Positions 9,581 through 18,489 of a DNA stretch of 64,000 bases are shown one piece after another. The stretch's first letter is position 1. Every line of letters starts with the position of its first letter. The DNA comes from Candidatus Nanoarchaeia archaeon (GTDB taxonomy: Archaea; Nanobdellota; Nanobdellia; SCGC-AAA011-G17; GW2011-AR17): contig JAQTVM010000007.1 of assembly GCA_028706745.1 (NCBI GenBank), positions 7,008 to 71,007 of the forward strand, in the 5' to 3' direction. Under the pieces are notes generated by a model that made no database searches, was not told the DNA's origin, and saw only the letters and a program-made list of their open reading frames with translations. A program made the position numbers and the translations under genes.

Positions 9581-10371
9581 AATTCCTGCACTTTCCTGTA
9601 AGGAATGTTGAGATTTGCCAATAATTCTTTAACAATTTCCTTGTGGGCTTTCAATCCTTTCCAGTCGAGCAATACAAATTCTATTTTTTCGACATTCTTT
9701 TCAAGCATTTGCCTGAGCATTGCTTCATCAAGATTAGGTAATTGGTATTCAGGGCACATCTGCCCTATTGCATATTCTGTCCTCAATAAGAATTTGTTGT
9801 ATTCTCTCGGATAATGAGGACCGCCGATTGCAATGACTGCCTTGCATTCTGCTATCGGCTTCTGCAGGACACTCATTATTGTTTTTGCTATGATTTCCCC
9901 TGCTTCCTTTATTCCCCACTCATTTATTGAAGAGCCGATTTCAATGAACATTGCGGGCTTTTCAAGAAGAGGACCGTGATGCACTGTCTCAAGAGTTATT
10001 TCATAGCCTTCCAATTCTTTCCCATTTTCATTCAGCTCCAAGAACATTGCTTTCAGCAAAGAAGCGGGAGCAATGCACAAAGTCTTGTCTTTGCCGCCCA
10101 TCTCCGCATTTCCAAAATTACCGGGAATATGCACTGACAATGATTTTGTGCCTGCCTTTGACTGGTGCTTTGTTGCGAATATGAGAATGTCTGCATTTAT
10201 TTCCTTGTCAATATTTTCGCAATAAATGGTTTCTTCTTCTGTTTCAAACAAAAGAATATTGCCTAAAGCGCGATGGTTTTCCTCTTCCTTAAAATCAAAC
10301 AGCCGGAGGAGGCATTCCCTTATATTCTTTCCCGCCTCGTCTTTCTTCGACGTGATTACTGCGTATTTCAT
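9577..10371 (-). CDS. dtdA: D-aminoacyl-tRNA deacylase, archaeal type
   Basis: 264 aa; VHHGPLLEKPAMFIEIGSS matches the archaeal DtdA signature. Confidence 0.75.
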   Translation of the reverse strand: MKYAVITSKKDEAGKNIRECLLRLFDFKEEENHRALGNILLFETEEETIYCENIDKEINADILIFATKHQSKAGTKSLSVHIPGNFGNAEMGGKDKTLCIAPASLLKAMFLELNENGKELEGYEITLETVHHGPLLEKPAMFIEIGSSINEWGIKEAGEIIAKTIMSVLQKPIAECKAVIAIGGPHYPREYNKFLLRTEYAIGQMCPEYQLPNLDEAMLRQMLEKNVEKIEFVLLDWKGLKAHKEIVKELLANLNIPYRKVQEF

Positions 10372-10388
10372 AAGAACACCTTAAAAAA

Positions 10389-10461
10389 TGGGCCCACCCA
10401 GAATCGAACTGGGGACATTCACCGTGTAAGGGTGACGTCATAACCGCTAGACCATGGGCCC
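10389..10461 (-). tRNA. tRNA-Val (anticodon TAC)
   Basis: minus-strand cloverleaf: acceptor GGGCCCA/TGGGCCC, D-arm GGTCTAGCGGTTATGAC, anticodon stem TCACC/GGTGA with loop CTTACAC, T-arm CCCCAGTTCGATTCTGGGT. Confidence 0.85.
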
Positions 10462-10658
10462 GATTGGTTTTGTTTAGAATTAAATCCTATTTAAAGCTAT
10501 CTAAGGAAAATTCCATGTTAACACTGCTCAGAGATGTCGCAAACTTTAAATATCATTTCGCACATAAAAATCAGAGCGCAAAAGAACCGCAAGGAACGAT
10601 TGCGCAAAAGTGGGAGGGCGTTCTTTGTTCCTGAGGGGCGTTCTCACCCATTTTTTTC

Positions 10659-10886
10659 TCAGTATAAATTCGCAGGATTCATGTCCAGAATAACTTCATT
10701 CTCGTCCAGCGAAGCAATAACACCTCTCAGGCTTCCGAAGGATGTGTTCATCTTCAGCATCATGCCTTGCTTAAGGACAATCCCGTTATGCTCAAACAAT
10801 ACTCGGGGGTATTTTTTCATGAAATTCTGCTTTGGATTAATGTAAGAATGATTTGCCTTTTCTTCCTCTTTTTCAGCAAAAGCCAT
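10659..10886 (-). CDS. hypothetical small protein
   Basis: 75-aa ORF 11 nt downstream of the TrmB gene on the same strand; no motif recognised. Confidence 0.3.
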   Translation of the reverse strand: MAFAEKEEEKANHSYINPKQNFMKKYPRVLFEHNGIVLKQGMMLKMNTSFGSLRGVIASLDENEVILDMNPANLY

Positions 10887-10896
10887 AATATTGCCC

Positions 10897-11721
10897 TCAG
10901 AGCTTTTTCAATGCCTTGTCAGCAGGCTCCATTTCCTTCCACGCAACCCCAAACATATTTGAAATCGCGCCTGCAAAGAAAGGCGAGTTTACCCACACGC
11001 CCGCATCATAATTGGGATGAATCTCAGCGTCATTCATCAGCATGAAAAGCACTTCCTTGTTGTCCACAACGCAGAACCTTGACTCCTGCCTGCTCGCGTG
11101 CCTTATTTCAGCAGAAGACATCAAGTTCTTTACAGCATCTGCTGATTCTTTTGTGACAGGCGCCGCTATCTTCACATCAACGCCCTTCTTGCTGAGCTCC
11201 TGAAGCAAAGGGGCAAAGTTTTCTGATTTTCTTGCAAGCCCTTTTGCGCTTGTAACCAAAACAACGCTTTTCTCGGCATTCTTCAGCATTGTTTCAATCT
11301 GCATATTCAGGTTGCCCCTTCCCTTTACCGAAGTTGAAAGGTCTGCAACATCAACAAACTGAACGCCGTTTTTGTAAAGGGAATCAAGCCCTTTTACCAT
11401 TTCAGCTCCCCTGCTGCTGTCAAGTTTCTTTGCATGCGTAGCAGCCTCAAGATGAACAAACTTCTTTACTCTTTCCACAACCTCCTTTGGCTGGACTGCA
11501 ATATATTTAATTGGTTTTCCTGTCTTAAGCGAGATAAATCCCTTTTTTTCAAGGCTTTCAAGAACATCATACGCCCTTGACCTGGGAACATTGCTTATTT
11601 CCGCAAGCTCGCCTGCAGTCGATATTCCCCTTGAAAGAAGAGCTGTCCACACTTTTGCCTCATATAGATTAAGCTTGAAAAAATGCCTTAAGTTGTTCAG
11701 AAAGTCCTTCTCAACGACCAA
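10897..11721 (-). CDS. TrmB-family transcriptional regulator with C-terminal effector-type domain
   Basis: 274 aa; N-terminal wHTH LYEAKVWTALLSRGISTAGELAEISNVPRSRAYDVLESLEKKGF; paralog of 27842-28627. Confidence 0.8.
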   Translation of the reverse strand: MVVEKDFLNNLRHFFKLNLYEAKVWTALLSRGISTAGELAEISNVPRSRAYDVLESLEKKGFISLKTGKPIKYIAVQPKEVVERVKKFVHLEAATHAKKLDSSRGAEMVKGLDSLYKNGVQFVDVADLSTSVKGRGNLNMQIETMLKNAEKSVVLVTSAKGLARKSENFAPLLQELSKKGVDVKIAAPVTKESADAVKNLMSSAEIRHASRQESRFCVVDNKEVLFMLMNDAEIHPNYDAGVWVNSPFFAGAISNMFGVAWKEMEPADKALKKL

Positions 11722-11834
11722 TTATACCACCTCTCCTCTTTGAATGATAGTGACGCACAGTTACTACTTATGTATTATTGCTTATTTTTTATTGGACTTT
11801 AAGATTTATAAAGCTTTGTGCAATATAATATGGT

Positions 11835-12488
11835 ATGGTGCTGCTGTGCTTTGACATGGATAATACGCTTTTGCGTTCAAACAAGGTTCACATAGAGGCA
11901 TTCAACCTGGCATTTGTAAAATTTGGATTAAAAAAAGTAAAGGCTGAAAAGCTTGTTGAGCATTTCGGAAAAGTGGGTATTCTTGTTGTAATGTCTGTGT
12001 ATCCTTTTTTGCAGGAAAAAGAGGCATTGAAAATACTTCACGAGCATAACAGGCTTGTTGTTAATAAGACTGCAAAGTATGCAAGACAGATTCCCGGCGC
12101 TGATAATGCATTGAAGAAACTGAAGAAAAACGGATTTAAATTGGCTTTATTGACAAACTGCTCGCACGCAGAAATTAAAGCTTTATTGAAGAACGCCAAG
12201 ATTGATGCAAGAGTGTTTGACCTCTTTGTCGGCTCTGATGACGTAAGGCACGGAAAGCCCTGGCCTGACGAGATACTGAAAGCAAAGGCAGTATTGCACG
12301 CTCACACAGTGTATATGGTTGGAGATTCTGTTTATGACGTGATGACAGGGAAGAGGGCGAAAGTGAAAACAATTTCTGTCTTGACAGGGGATTTCTCAAG
12401 AAGGCAGCTGCTTGAAGAGAAGCCGGATTACATTCTTAGGAGCGCTGCTGATGTGCCCAGGCTGATGGAAAAGATATATAAAAAATAA
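11835..12488 (+). CDS. HAD-superfamily hydrolase (phosphatase)
   Basis: 217 aa; motif I CFDMDNTLL near the N-terminus; HAD motif IV-like GDSVYD. Confidence 0.8.
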   Translation: MVLLCFDMDNTLLRSNKVHIEAFNLAFVKFGLKKVKAEKLVEHFGKVGILVVMSVYPFLQEKEALKILHEHNRLVVNKTAKYARQIPGADNALKKLKKNGFKLALLTNCSHAEIKALLKNAKIDARVFDLFVGSDDVRHGKPWPDEILKAKAVLHAHTVYMVGDSVYDVMTGKRAKVKTISVLTGDFSRRQLLEEKPDYILRSAADVPRLMEKIYKK

Positions 12489-12586
12489 AAAAATCATTCT
12501 TAACGCATAAAAACCGAAAATCTTACGGCGACGTCGGAAAAAAGAGTGATTTTCCGGACAAAAGTTTTTATATAAGTTCTGCATGA

Positions 12587-12916
12587 GTGTCCGTCATGAC
12601 AAAAAGAGGCACCAAAAGAAGTGATTGTTTGTTTAGATTAGTTCAAGCAATAGAGAAAAATTTATATAGTCAATTAGACTACATATTTGTAGCAATAACA
12701 GCTTCCCTTGTCTTTTTCAGAAGGATAGTTCCAAGCAGGCATTATCTTGAGGAACATCTTAAGGATGTGCCGTGGGACAAGGTGGTTGAGATTATATTCG
12801 CCACGAAAAATCCGAGAAAGAAAGGCAGCAAGTTTGAGATAGAATCAAACGGCTATTACGTGCTGTTTGAGGCAAAAAAGGGCATCATATATGTGATTAA
12901 TGCCAAAAAGGAATAA
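12587..12916 (+). CDS. hypothetical protein, DUF4258-like putative toxin
   Basis: 109 aa; C-terminal YYVLFEAKKGIIYVINA pattern reminiscent of DUF4258 toxins; weak. Confidence 0.4.
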   Translation: MSVMTKRGTKRSDCLFRLVQAIEKNLYSQLDYIFVAITASLVFFRRIVPSRHYLEEHLKDVPWDKVVEIIFATKNPRKKGSKFEIESNGYYVLFEAKKGIIYVINAKKE

Positions 12917-12918
12917 AA

Positions 12919-13239
12919 ATGGAATGCAAAAACTGTAAAACAAAATTAAAGGAAATCAAAGTTAAAGTCTATGGCGCTAAAAACAAGGTTCTAAGCTACC
13001 AGTGCCCTAAGTGCCATTATTTTGAGTTTGAGCCTGAATCCTCAAAAAAGGTTGTTGAGGAGTTGAGGGAAACTCCCTTGAAAATCAAGCAAAGCATAAT
13101 CAAGCTGTCGCAGGACAGGCTGGGAATTTATTTTAATGCAAATATCGTGCGAAGCCTTGGCTTAAAGAAAGGCGAAGAAGTTCTTTTGTCTGTTCCTGAC
13201 AAAAAGCATATACTTCTAGAATTGCAAAAGGAAAATTAG
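12919..13239 (+). CDS. zinc-ribbon plus AbrB/SpoVT-like small DNA-binding protein
   Basis: 106 aa; CxxC…CxxC (ECKNCK…CPKCH) then LGIYFNANIVRSLGLKKGEEV swapped-hairpin-like segment; 3 nt after the previous ORF. Confidence 0.45.
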   Translation: MECKNCKTKLKEIKVKVYGAKNKVLSYQCPKCHYFEFEPESSKKVVEELRETPLKIKQSIIKLSQDRLGIYFNANIVRSLGLKKGEEVLLSVPDKKHILLELQKEN

Positions 13240-13276
13240 AAATACTAAACTAAAAAAGAATAGATAAAATAAAAAA

Positions 13277-13558
13277 TCAGAAATCCCTGTCTTCATTCCT
13301 TACGAAGAAGATTCCGTTTTCTCCGCCCTGGCCCTGCTGCCACTGCGTGTATCTCTTCTTCACGTGCTTGACTTCAGTCAAGTCAAGGCCGACTCCCCTC
13401 TTTCTCTTTATTCTTGTAAAGAGCTTTGTCCCGTCCGGGTCCTGCTGCATAAACACCTTGTGCAGGAAATTGTATTCCTCTTCTGTGAAGAGCTTCGGAT
13501 TTTTTCTCATTTTTGCCTCCTTACTTCGCCTATCATTGAGCATCCCATTCTTTCGCAA
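13277..13558 (-). CDS. hypothetical basic protein
   Basis: 93-aa ORF with no motif. Confidence 0.35.
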   Translation of the reverse strand: MRKNGMLNDRRSKEAKMRKNPKLFTEEEYNFLHKVFMQQDPDGTKLFTRIKRKRGVGLDLTEVKHVKKRYTQWQQGQGGENGIFFVRNEDRDF

Positions 13559-13821
13559 AAGCTATTATTATCTATAAATAGTTCAATTGTTCCATCACTT
13601 TCTTTGCAAAAAACCACATCATTAAAATGATTATAATACTTTTCAGTGCAAGACTGATAAGGGAAAGACCCATAAGGCAAAGGACCATCTGCAAGCCATA
13701 TTAGTTCCATATGCCCGATAACAGGCAGCTGTTGCTCTGCTGGCTTTTGCTCATTTGTTTGATTGCAGCCAATGCCTGCAGCAAGCGCAAGCGCGACTAA
13801 ACCCTTTGTGATTTTATTCAT
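13507..13821 (-). CDS. putative lipoprotein
   Basis: signal peptide with lipobox MNKITKGLVALALAAGIGC from the internal Met; the track ORF 13507-13848 probably starts at 13821. Confidence 0.5.
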   Translation of the reverse strand: MNKITKGLVALALAAGIGCNQTNEQKPAEQQLPVIGHMELIWLADGPLPYGSFPYQSCTEKYYNHFNDVVFCKESDGTIELFIDNNSFCERMGCSMIGEVRRQK

Positions 13822-14125
13822 TTTGTTCTCCCCTATATTGGTTGTCAATCTTATAAGGCAAATTAAGGCTATAAGGACAAATTGCCATATTAGGAAGAAA
13901 TATTCCTTGTGTGTTCATGGCCCTACAGTTATTTTTATCCTTACCACAGAGATAAGGACACTTTACAATCAAAGAAATCATTGCGCCTCCAGTTAATTGG
14001 CGTGCCGTTACTTCAACAGGCACAGGCGAATCCAAACAAGGATTCTGTCTTCCGTCGCGTCCTTCGCATTCTATTTTAAAAACTTGTTCAACCATTCCTT
14101 CTAGCTTTTTATTTTTTCCTGCCAT
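13814..14125 (-). CDS. hypothetical Cys-rich small protein
   Basis: 103-aa ORF; strong SD GGGGGT 5 nt upstream of ATG on the minus strand; 7 Cys. Confidence 0.4.
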   Translation of the reverse strand: MAGKNKKLEGMVEQVFKIECEGRDGRQNPCLDSPVPVEVTARQLTGGAMISLIVKCPYLCGKDKNNCRAMNTQGIFLPNMAICPYSLNLPYKIDNQYRGEQNE

Positions 14126-14351
14126 TCGATTACCCCCGATGCCATTACGATACTACTTCGTTATGGTTATTACGTGTTGTTATTTAAGAGATACAACACC
14201 TATTTAAGCTTTACTGATGGCTGAAAACAAGGTTTATACAGCAAATAGGGGCAGTTTATGAAGAACCAAAGGTGTTGAACAGGATTTTCAAAAATCAAAA
14301 CAGGAAAAAGGCAGAAACATTTAAATAATACTTAGTCATACTTAGTATAAC

Positions 14352-14618
14352 ATGGAAGCAGTATGCATCAAGATGGATACCAGGATAATGGAAGAGATGG
14401 AATCCTGTATAGAAGAGGAAAATTATTCCACAAAGACAGAATTCATACGCGAGGCGATAAGGGAGAAGATTAAGGCGATAAAGAAAGAGCACGCGCTGAA
14501 AATGCTTGAGGCGAACCTTGGCGCTGCAAAAGTAAGGGTAAGCGATAAAAGGCACGCAGAGATTAGAGAGCAAGTTGGAAGGGAATACGCAAAAAAATAC
14601 GGCATAGAACTAGATTAA
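14352..14618 (+). CDS. ribbon-helix-helix (CopG/RHH) family protein
   Basis: 88 aa; KMDTRIMEEMESCIEEENYSTKTEFIREAIREKI is a typical RHH beta-alpha-alpha N-terminus. Confidence 0.6.
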   Translation: MEAVCIKMDTRIMEEMESCIEEENYSTKTEFIREAIREKIKAIKKEHALKMLEANLGAAKVRVSDKRHAEIREQVGREYAKKYGIELD

Positions 14619-15032
14619 CTCTTCGGGCTTTCTTGATTCCGCAATATCCGTTAGGAGCAAAAAATGCGCATCTCTTGTTACAATAATCGCATTATTATCT
14701 CTTGCAAGAATTGCATAAAGAGCATCGGCAAAAGAAACATTTTTGTTTTTCGCTACTGATTTTGCTTCCCGCGCCTGCACATTCGAAGGCTCAACGTGCA
14801 TTAAAATAACATCCATCCCGTTCAGGATTTTAAATATTAATATCACATTTTCAGGCTTGTAATCTTTTTCAAGCTCCGCAAGAACCATATCGCAGTAAAG
14901 TATAATGCCCCCTTCGCCTGCCGCCTTCCTGAAGAATTCCAGCGCCCACTCTCCTAACGGTCTAAAATTATCGCTCCTGTTCTCATAATAGTCCCTGTAG
15001 ACCAATGTGTCAACGAAGTATTTCTGCCCCAT
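14610..15032 (-). CDS. PIN-like domain protein
   Basis: 140 aa; convergent with the RHH gene, overlapping its end by 9 nt; acidic-residue pattern consistent with PIN; weak. Confidence 0.5.
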   Translation of the reverse strand: MGQKYFVDTLVYRDYYENRSDNFRPLGEWALEFFRKAAGEGGIILYCDMVLAELEKDYKPENVILIFKILNGMDVILMHVEPSNVQAREAKSVAKNKNVSFADALYAILARDNNAIIVTRDAHFLLLTDIAESRKPEELI

Positions 15033-15209
15033 TTTTTAATTCGGATGCATTATAATTTTCCCCTTAATAACACTATGCCTCGATTTTTTGAAAAATTTAC
15101 GGCAAGTCCGGAAATATGTAAAAAATAACCTAAAATCTGCATCTGTCCGCCATAAAAAAGCTTATATATTCACTTGATAACTAATTATGTATAGCAAAGA
15201 GGTGTTACT

Positions 15210-15611
15210 ATGGCAAAACGCTCGCAAGCAAAAGAAACTAACAAAGAGACTATCCCTGTTGAAGAGCATGAAAAACCAGACATGCCAAAATTAAAAGGCA
15301 ATGATGTAACCTTGTCAAAGATGGCAGAGGCGCTGGTTGAGACAAACATTGCATTGCAGCACAAGGTTGCTGATTTAATTCTTAACCTGAAAGACACAAA
15401 CAAGAGCATGAAGGAAATGGTCACCCTGTTCACAGAGGCAGGCGAGCATATAAAGAAGGGAAAATATGAGGACCCTCTGATTGTAAAGCTTGACGAGCTT
15501 CTTGACCAGAACAAGAACATTGCAAAGGGGCTTTTGCTTTTGGAAAAATTCGTGAGGGAAAAGCAGGCGCCAACAGGTTTCCAAAGGCCGTTCCAGAAGA
15601 CAGAGCTTTAG
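15210..15611 (+). CDS. hypothetical coiled-coil protein
   Basis: 133 aa, K/E-rich helical; upstream of the FlaI N-domain-like gene. Confidence 0.5.
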   Translation: MAKRSQAKETNKETIPVEEHEKPDMPKLKGNDVTLSKMAEALVETNIALQHKVADLILNLKDTNKSMKEMVTLFTEAGEHIKKGKYEDPLIVKLDELLDQNKNIAKGLLLLEKFVREKQAPTGFQRPFQKTEL

Positions 15612-15650
15612 GTGGCAATGTGGCTGATAGGCAAGTAGGCGGGTTTTAAA

Positions 15651-16622
15651 ATGCCTGAAACTAAATTTATTTTTGACAGGGCTGAGAAAGAAGCAAGGCA
15701 GACTGTTAAAGACATAATCTCAATTGTGCAAAAAAAACCCTATCCTGACCCGAACACGACAATTCTCGCGGGATTCATTCACGCACTGTTCCAGACAGGC
15801 TCAAAGATAAAGCAGGTTTCTCCTGCAGTGAAAGAGGAAGCGCCTTTAATGCCTTCATCATCTGTCATTCTTCAGAAAGGGCTGCCGCCTGCGCCGAAGT
15901 ATTCTGCGCCAAAGCCCATTCCAATGCCTGTTCCGGTACAGCCAATGGCAGTTCAGCCGGCTCCGGTTGTTCCTCAGACAGGGCTGCTTGCAAAAGAAAA
16001 TAATCTTCTTCCCCCAATGCCTGAAGCGCCTTCAGCTGTTTTCAAAAGAAGGGAATATTCAATAAATTCATTTGACAATCAGATTGGAATTGTTGTTGAC
16101 AAGGACAGCTCCGGAAAAATATTTTACGCAATCACAGAGCCGAAAGCAGACGAAGAAGTGCTGAAGCTCACAAAAGAATCAATTGAAAAGGACTTTGAAA
16201 AAGATTTCAAGATTCTTGACAACAAGGAAATGCTGGACAGGAAAATTGAAAAGGCGTGCAAGAAAAAGAATGCTGTCTTCACAGAAGATTATGCAAAAGC
16301 AGTGACTTATTTGCTGAAGAGGGACCTGCTCGGCTTCAGGAAAATTGATGCGCTGATGTATGACGCCTCTGTTTTGGCAATTTTCTGCGAAGGGATTAAC
16401 AAGCCTGTGCTTGTCGAGCTGAAAGACATCGGGAAAGTTCCAACGAACATAATATTCACTGAAGTTATTGACCTGAATGCCCTGCTGTACAAGATTGCAA
16501 GGGCGACAGGAGAAAAACTAAGCGACGAGAAGCCGATACTTGACACTGAATATCAGGGCTACAAGATACAGGCAGTGCTTGGCATTGGCGGAATGAGCTC
16601 AAAGCTTATAGTGAAGAAGTAG
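15651..16622 (+). CDS. FlaI/GspE-type secretion ATPase N-terminal-domain-only protein with Pro-rich linker
   Basis: 323 aa; YLLKRDLLGFRKIDALMYD…INKPVLVE…ILDTEYQGYKIQAVLG parallels the FlaI/ArlI N-domain up to the domain boundary; no Walker A, no ATPase domain follows. Confidence 0.65.
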   Translation: MPETKFIFDRAEKEARQTVKDIISIVQKKPYPDPNTTILAGFIHALFQTGSKIKQVSPAVKEEAPLMPSSSVILQKGLPPAPKYSAPKPIPMPVPVQPMAVQPAPVVPQTGLLAKENNLLPPMPEAPSAVFKRREYSINSFDNQIGIVVDKDSSGKIFYAITEPKADEEVLKLTKESIEKDFEKDFKILDNKEMLDRKIEKACKKKNAVFTEDYAKAVTYLLKRDLLGFRKIDALMYDASVLAIFCEGINKPVLVELKDIGKVPTNIIFTEVIDLNALLYKIARATGEKLSDEKPILDTEYQGYKIQAVLGIGGMSSKLIVKK

Positions 16623-16638
16623 TTAACTAAGGACTAAA

Positions 16639-16905
16639 ATGGATGAATCATACATTGAAATGAGGTGTTATGTGAAGTTTGCCCTTCACTTCGGATTTTC
16701 CGAGGAAGCCATCAAGAAAGAGTTGATAAAGGCAGGATGGCCATTGGATAAAGTGAATAAGGCAATAATGGAAGTCAAGGGAATAAAGCCTATGCAGAAA
16801 CCGGTTCAGCAGATTCAGGCAATGCCTCCGCCCCAGGCTCCGGCTGAGATTCCGCAGGAAGTTCAGATGCCGCAAGAGCCTCTTCCCCCGCCCGCCCCTC
16901 AGTGA
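16639..16905 (+). CDS. hypothetical protein with Pro/Gln-rich tail
   Basis: 88-aa ORF; tail overlaps the convergent ORF 16790-17131. Confidence 0.4.
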   Translation: MDESYIEMRCYVKFALHFGFSEEAIKKELIKAGWPLDKVNKAIMEVKGIKPMQKPVQQIQAMPPPQAPAEIPQEVQMPQEPLPPPAPQ

Positions 16906-17131
16906 TGTTTGTTTCTGTGATATTAACAGAGGAAATGCTTTCTGCAGGCTCTTTCATCTCTTCATTGAATATTGCTTTCATGTCATCAATGCTTCCGTAC
17001 ATGTAGAACAGACCTGCAATGAAAAGGATTACGATTATAATCCTGAAAGCCCATTTCGTCATTGTCTTCATAATGTAGAAGACAACAAGCCCTGCAATTA
17101 CTGCGAGTATTATCTTGTAAGTCATGTCCAT
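16790..17131 (-). CDS. hypothetical two-TM membrane protein with acidic tail
   Basis: 113 aa; two hydrophobic helices then a PE-rich tail; 3' end overlaps the convergent ORF. Confidence 0.4.
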   Translation of the reverse strand: MDMTYKIILAVIAGLVVFYIMKTMTKWAFRIIIVILFIAGLFYMYGSIDDMKAIFNEEMKEPAESISSVNITETNITEGRAGEEALAASELPAESQPEPGAEALPESAEPVSA

Positions 17132-17270
17132 ATTAAAGAATAGAATATGCTGGATTATATAAATCTAGCTGAAAAAGAGGATGCTGACGAAGAAGATTAT
17201 CATAACATTTATATATAATCCTCATGCTAAAGAAAGACTATGGTTCCCAGAGAACCAGGGGGTAAACAAT

Positions 17271-17615
17271 ATGGCAAAAGAAGTTCGTTATTTTGAGTGC
17301 GACTGCGGTGAAGGCATGCTGGAACAGATAGCAAAAACAGGCGTCAGAATGGGTTTGGAATGCGGTGCAGAGGCTGTAACAACAGACTACTATGAATGCA
17401 GCGGCTGCGCAAAGATTTTTGCGAGACGCGAATCAAGCATAGAATGCAGTCAAAGCACTTATAGTGGCTTTAGAGAATTTCATTCCCCATTAACAAGGCA
17501 GGAAATAATTGATTATGCCTCAACCTGCAGAGGAGAGATTGACGGAAGCGATATGATAAGAATAAGAGCCGAAAGAAAAGAAAGATATCTTAAAAAAGTA
17601 AAAGGCTTAAAATAA
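17271..17615 (+). CDS. hypothetical Cys-rich (zinc-ribbon-like) protein
   Basis: start placed at the internal ATG preceded by CCAGGGGGT SD; MAKEVRYFECDCGEG…CGAEA…CSGCAKIF. Confidence 0.5.
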   Translation: MAKEVRYFECDCGEGMLEQIAKTGVRMGLECGAEAVTTDYYECSGCAKIFARRESSIECSQSTYSGFREFHSPLTRQEIIDYASTCRGEIDGSDMIRIRAERKERYLKKVKGLK

Positions 17616-17689
17616 AACTTTTATTTTTCTTTTTTATATTCTTCAGGGTTTGGGGCTAATAACCAGCCATATGATAAAGAGAAGAGTTC

Positions 17690-17790
17690 CCCAACTGCCT
17701 TCCCTACCACCAGCCACCTACTACCCACTACGTTACTACCAACTACATACTACCAACTACTCACTACCAACCAAGTCCACCAGAACATAT
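17690..17790. repeat. CTAC(C/T)A-type imperfect microsatellite / low-complexity tract
   Basis: ccctaccaccagccacctactacccactacgttactaccaactacatactaccaactactcactaccaacc. Confidence 0.6.
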
Positions 17791-17817
17791 TTAAACAATA
17801 AACTCCTATATACATCC

Positions 17818-18006
17818 ATGGCAGACAAATCATTCGCAATACGCTTCAAGGTAGAGCAGGAAAACATCCAGACAGAGATGCACACGCAAAACGTGAGCCC
17901 GCAGGAAGCAATTGGATTATTGGAAATGGCAAAAAACCAGATTCTCGAGAACATCGCAAAGGGAAGAAAAGAGGTCTTTTCGAGCGTGATAAAGAATGAG
18001 CAGTGA
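17818..18006 (+). CDS. hypothetical small protein
   Basis: 62 aa, MADKSFAIRFKVEQ…; the track ORF 17650-18006 begins in a CTACCA low-complexity stretch, so the downstream ATG is more plausible; a TATA-like TCCTATATA lies just upstream. Confidence 0.35.
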   Translation: MADKSFAIRFKVEQENIQTEMHTQNVSPQEAIGLLEMAKNQILENIAKGRKEVFSSVIKNEQ

Positions 18007-18427
18007 GTGCGTTTTCTGCAGGATAATAAAGGGAGAAATACCCTGCGCAAAATTATACGAGAACAATGACATAATCGCGTTTCTTGACATAATGCCGGCA
18101 GTCAAGAAGGGAGGGCACACATTAGTCGTTCCAAAGAAGCATTACGAATTCATAACAGATATGCCTGACGAATTAATCGCAAAAGCAATGTCTGCCGCAA
18201 AAAGGATTGCGTGCGCGGTAATGAAGGAAGCTGACGGCGTCAATATCCTGCTGAACAACGGAAAGGCGGCAGGGCAGTATGTGCCTCACGTGCATTTCCA
18301 CATTGTGCCAAGGTACAAAGGAGATAAAATCGGATTAGCCCATTGGGAAGCCCTGAAATACCGCAAAGGCGAAATGGAAAAAGTGCAGGAAAGGATAAAA
18401 AAGCTCTTTGAAGAAGGCATCTGCTGA
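17996..18427 (+). CDS. HIT-family nucleotide hydrolase/transferase
   Basis: 143 aa; histidine triad HVHFHIVPR; N-terminal CVFCRI. Confidence 0.85.
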   Translation: MSSECVFCRIIKGEIPCAKLYENNDIIAFLDIMPAVKKGGHTLVVPKKHYEFITDMPDELIAKAMSAAKRIACAVMKEADGVNILLNNGKAAGQYVPHVHFHIVPRYKGDKIGLAHWEALKYRKGEMEKVQERIKKLFEEGIC

Positions 18428-18489
18428 AAAAGCTTAAGAAATCGCCCGAAGGCAAATATTTAAATATCCCCTTATCTAATTTAATACTA

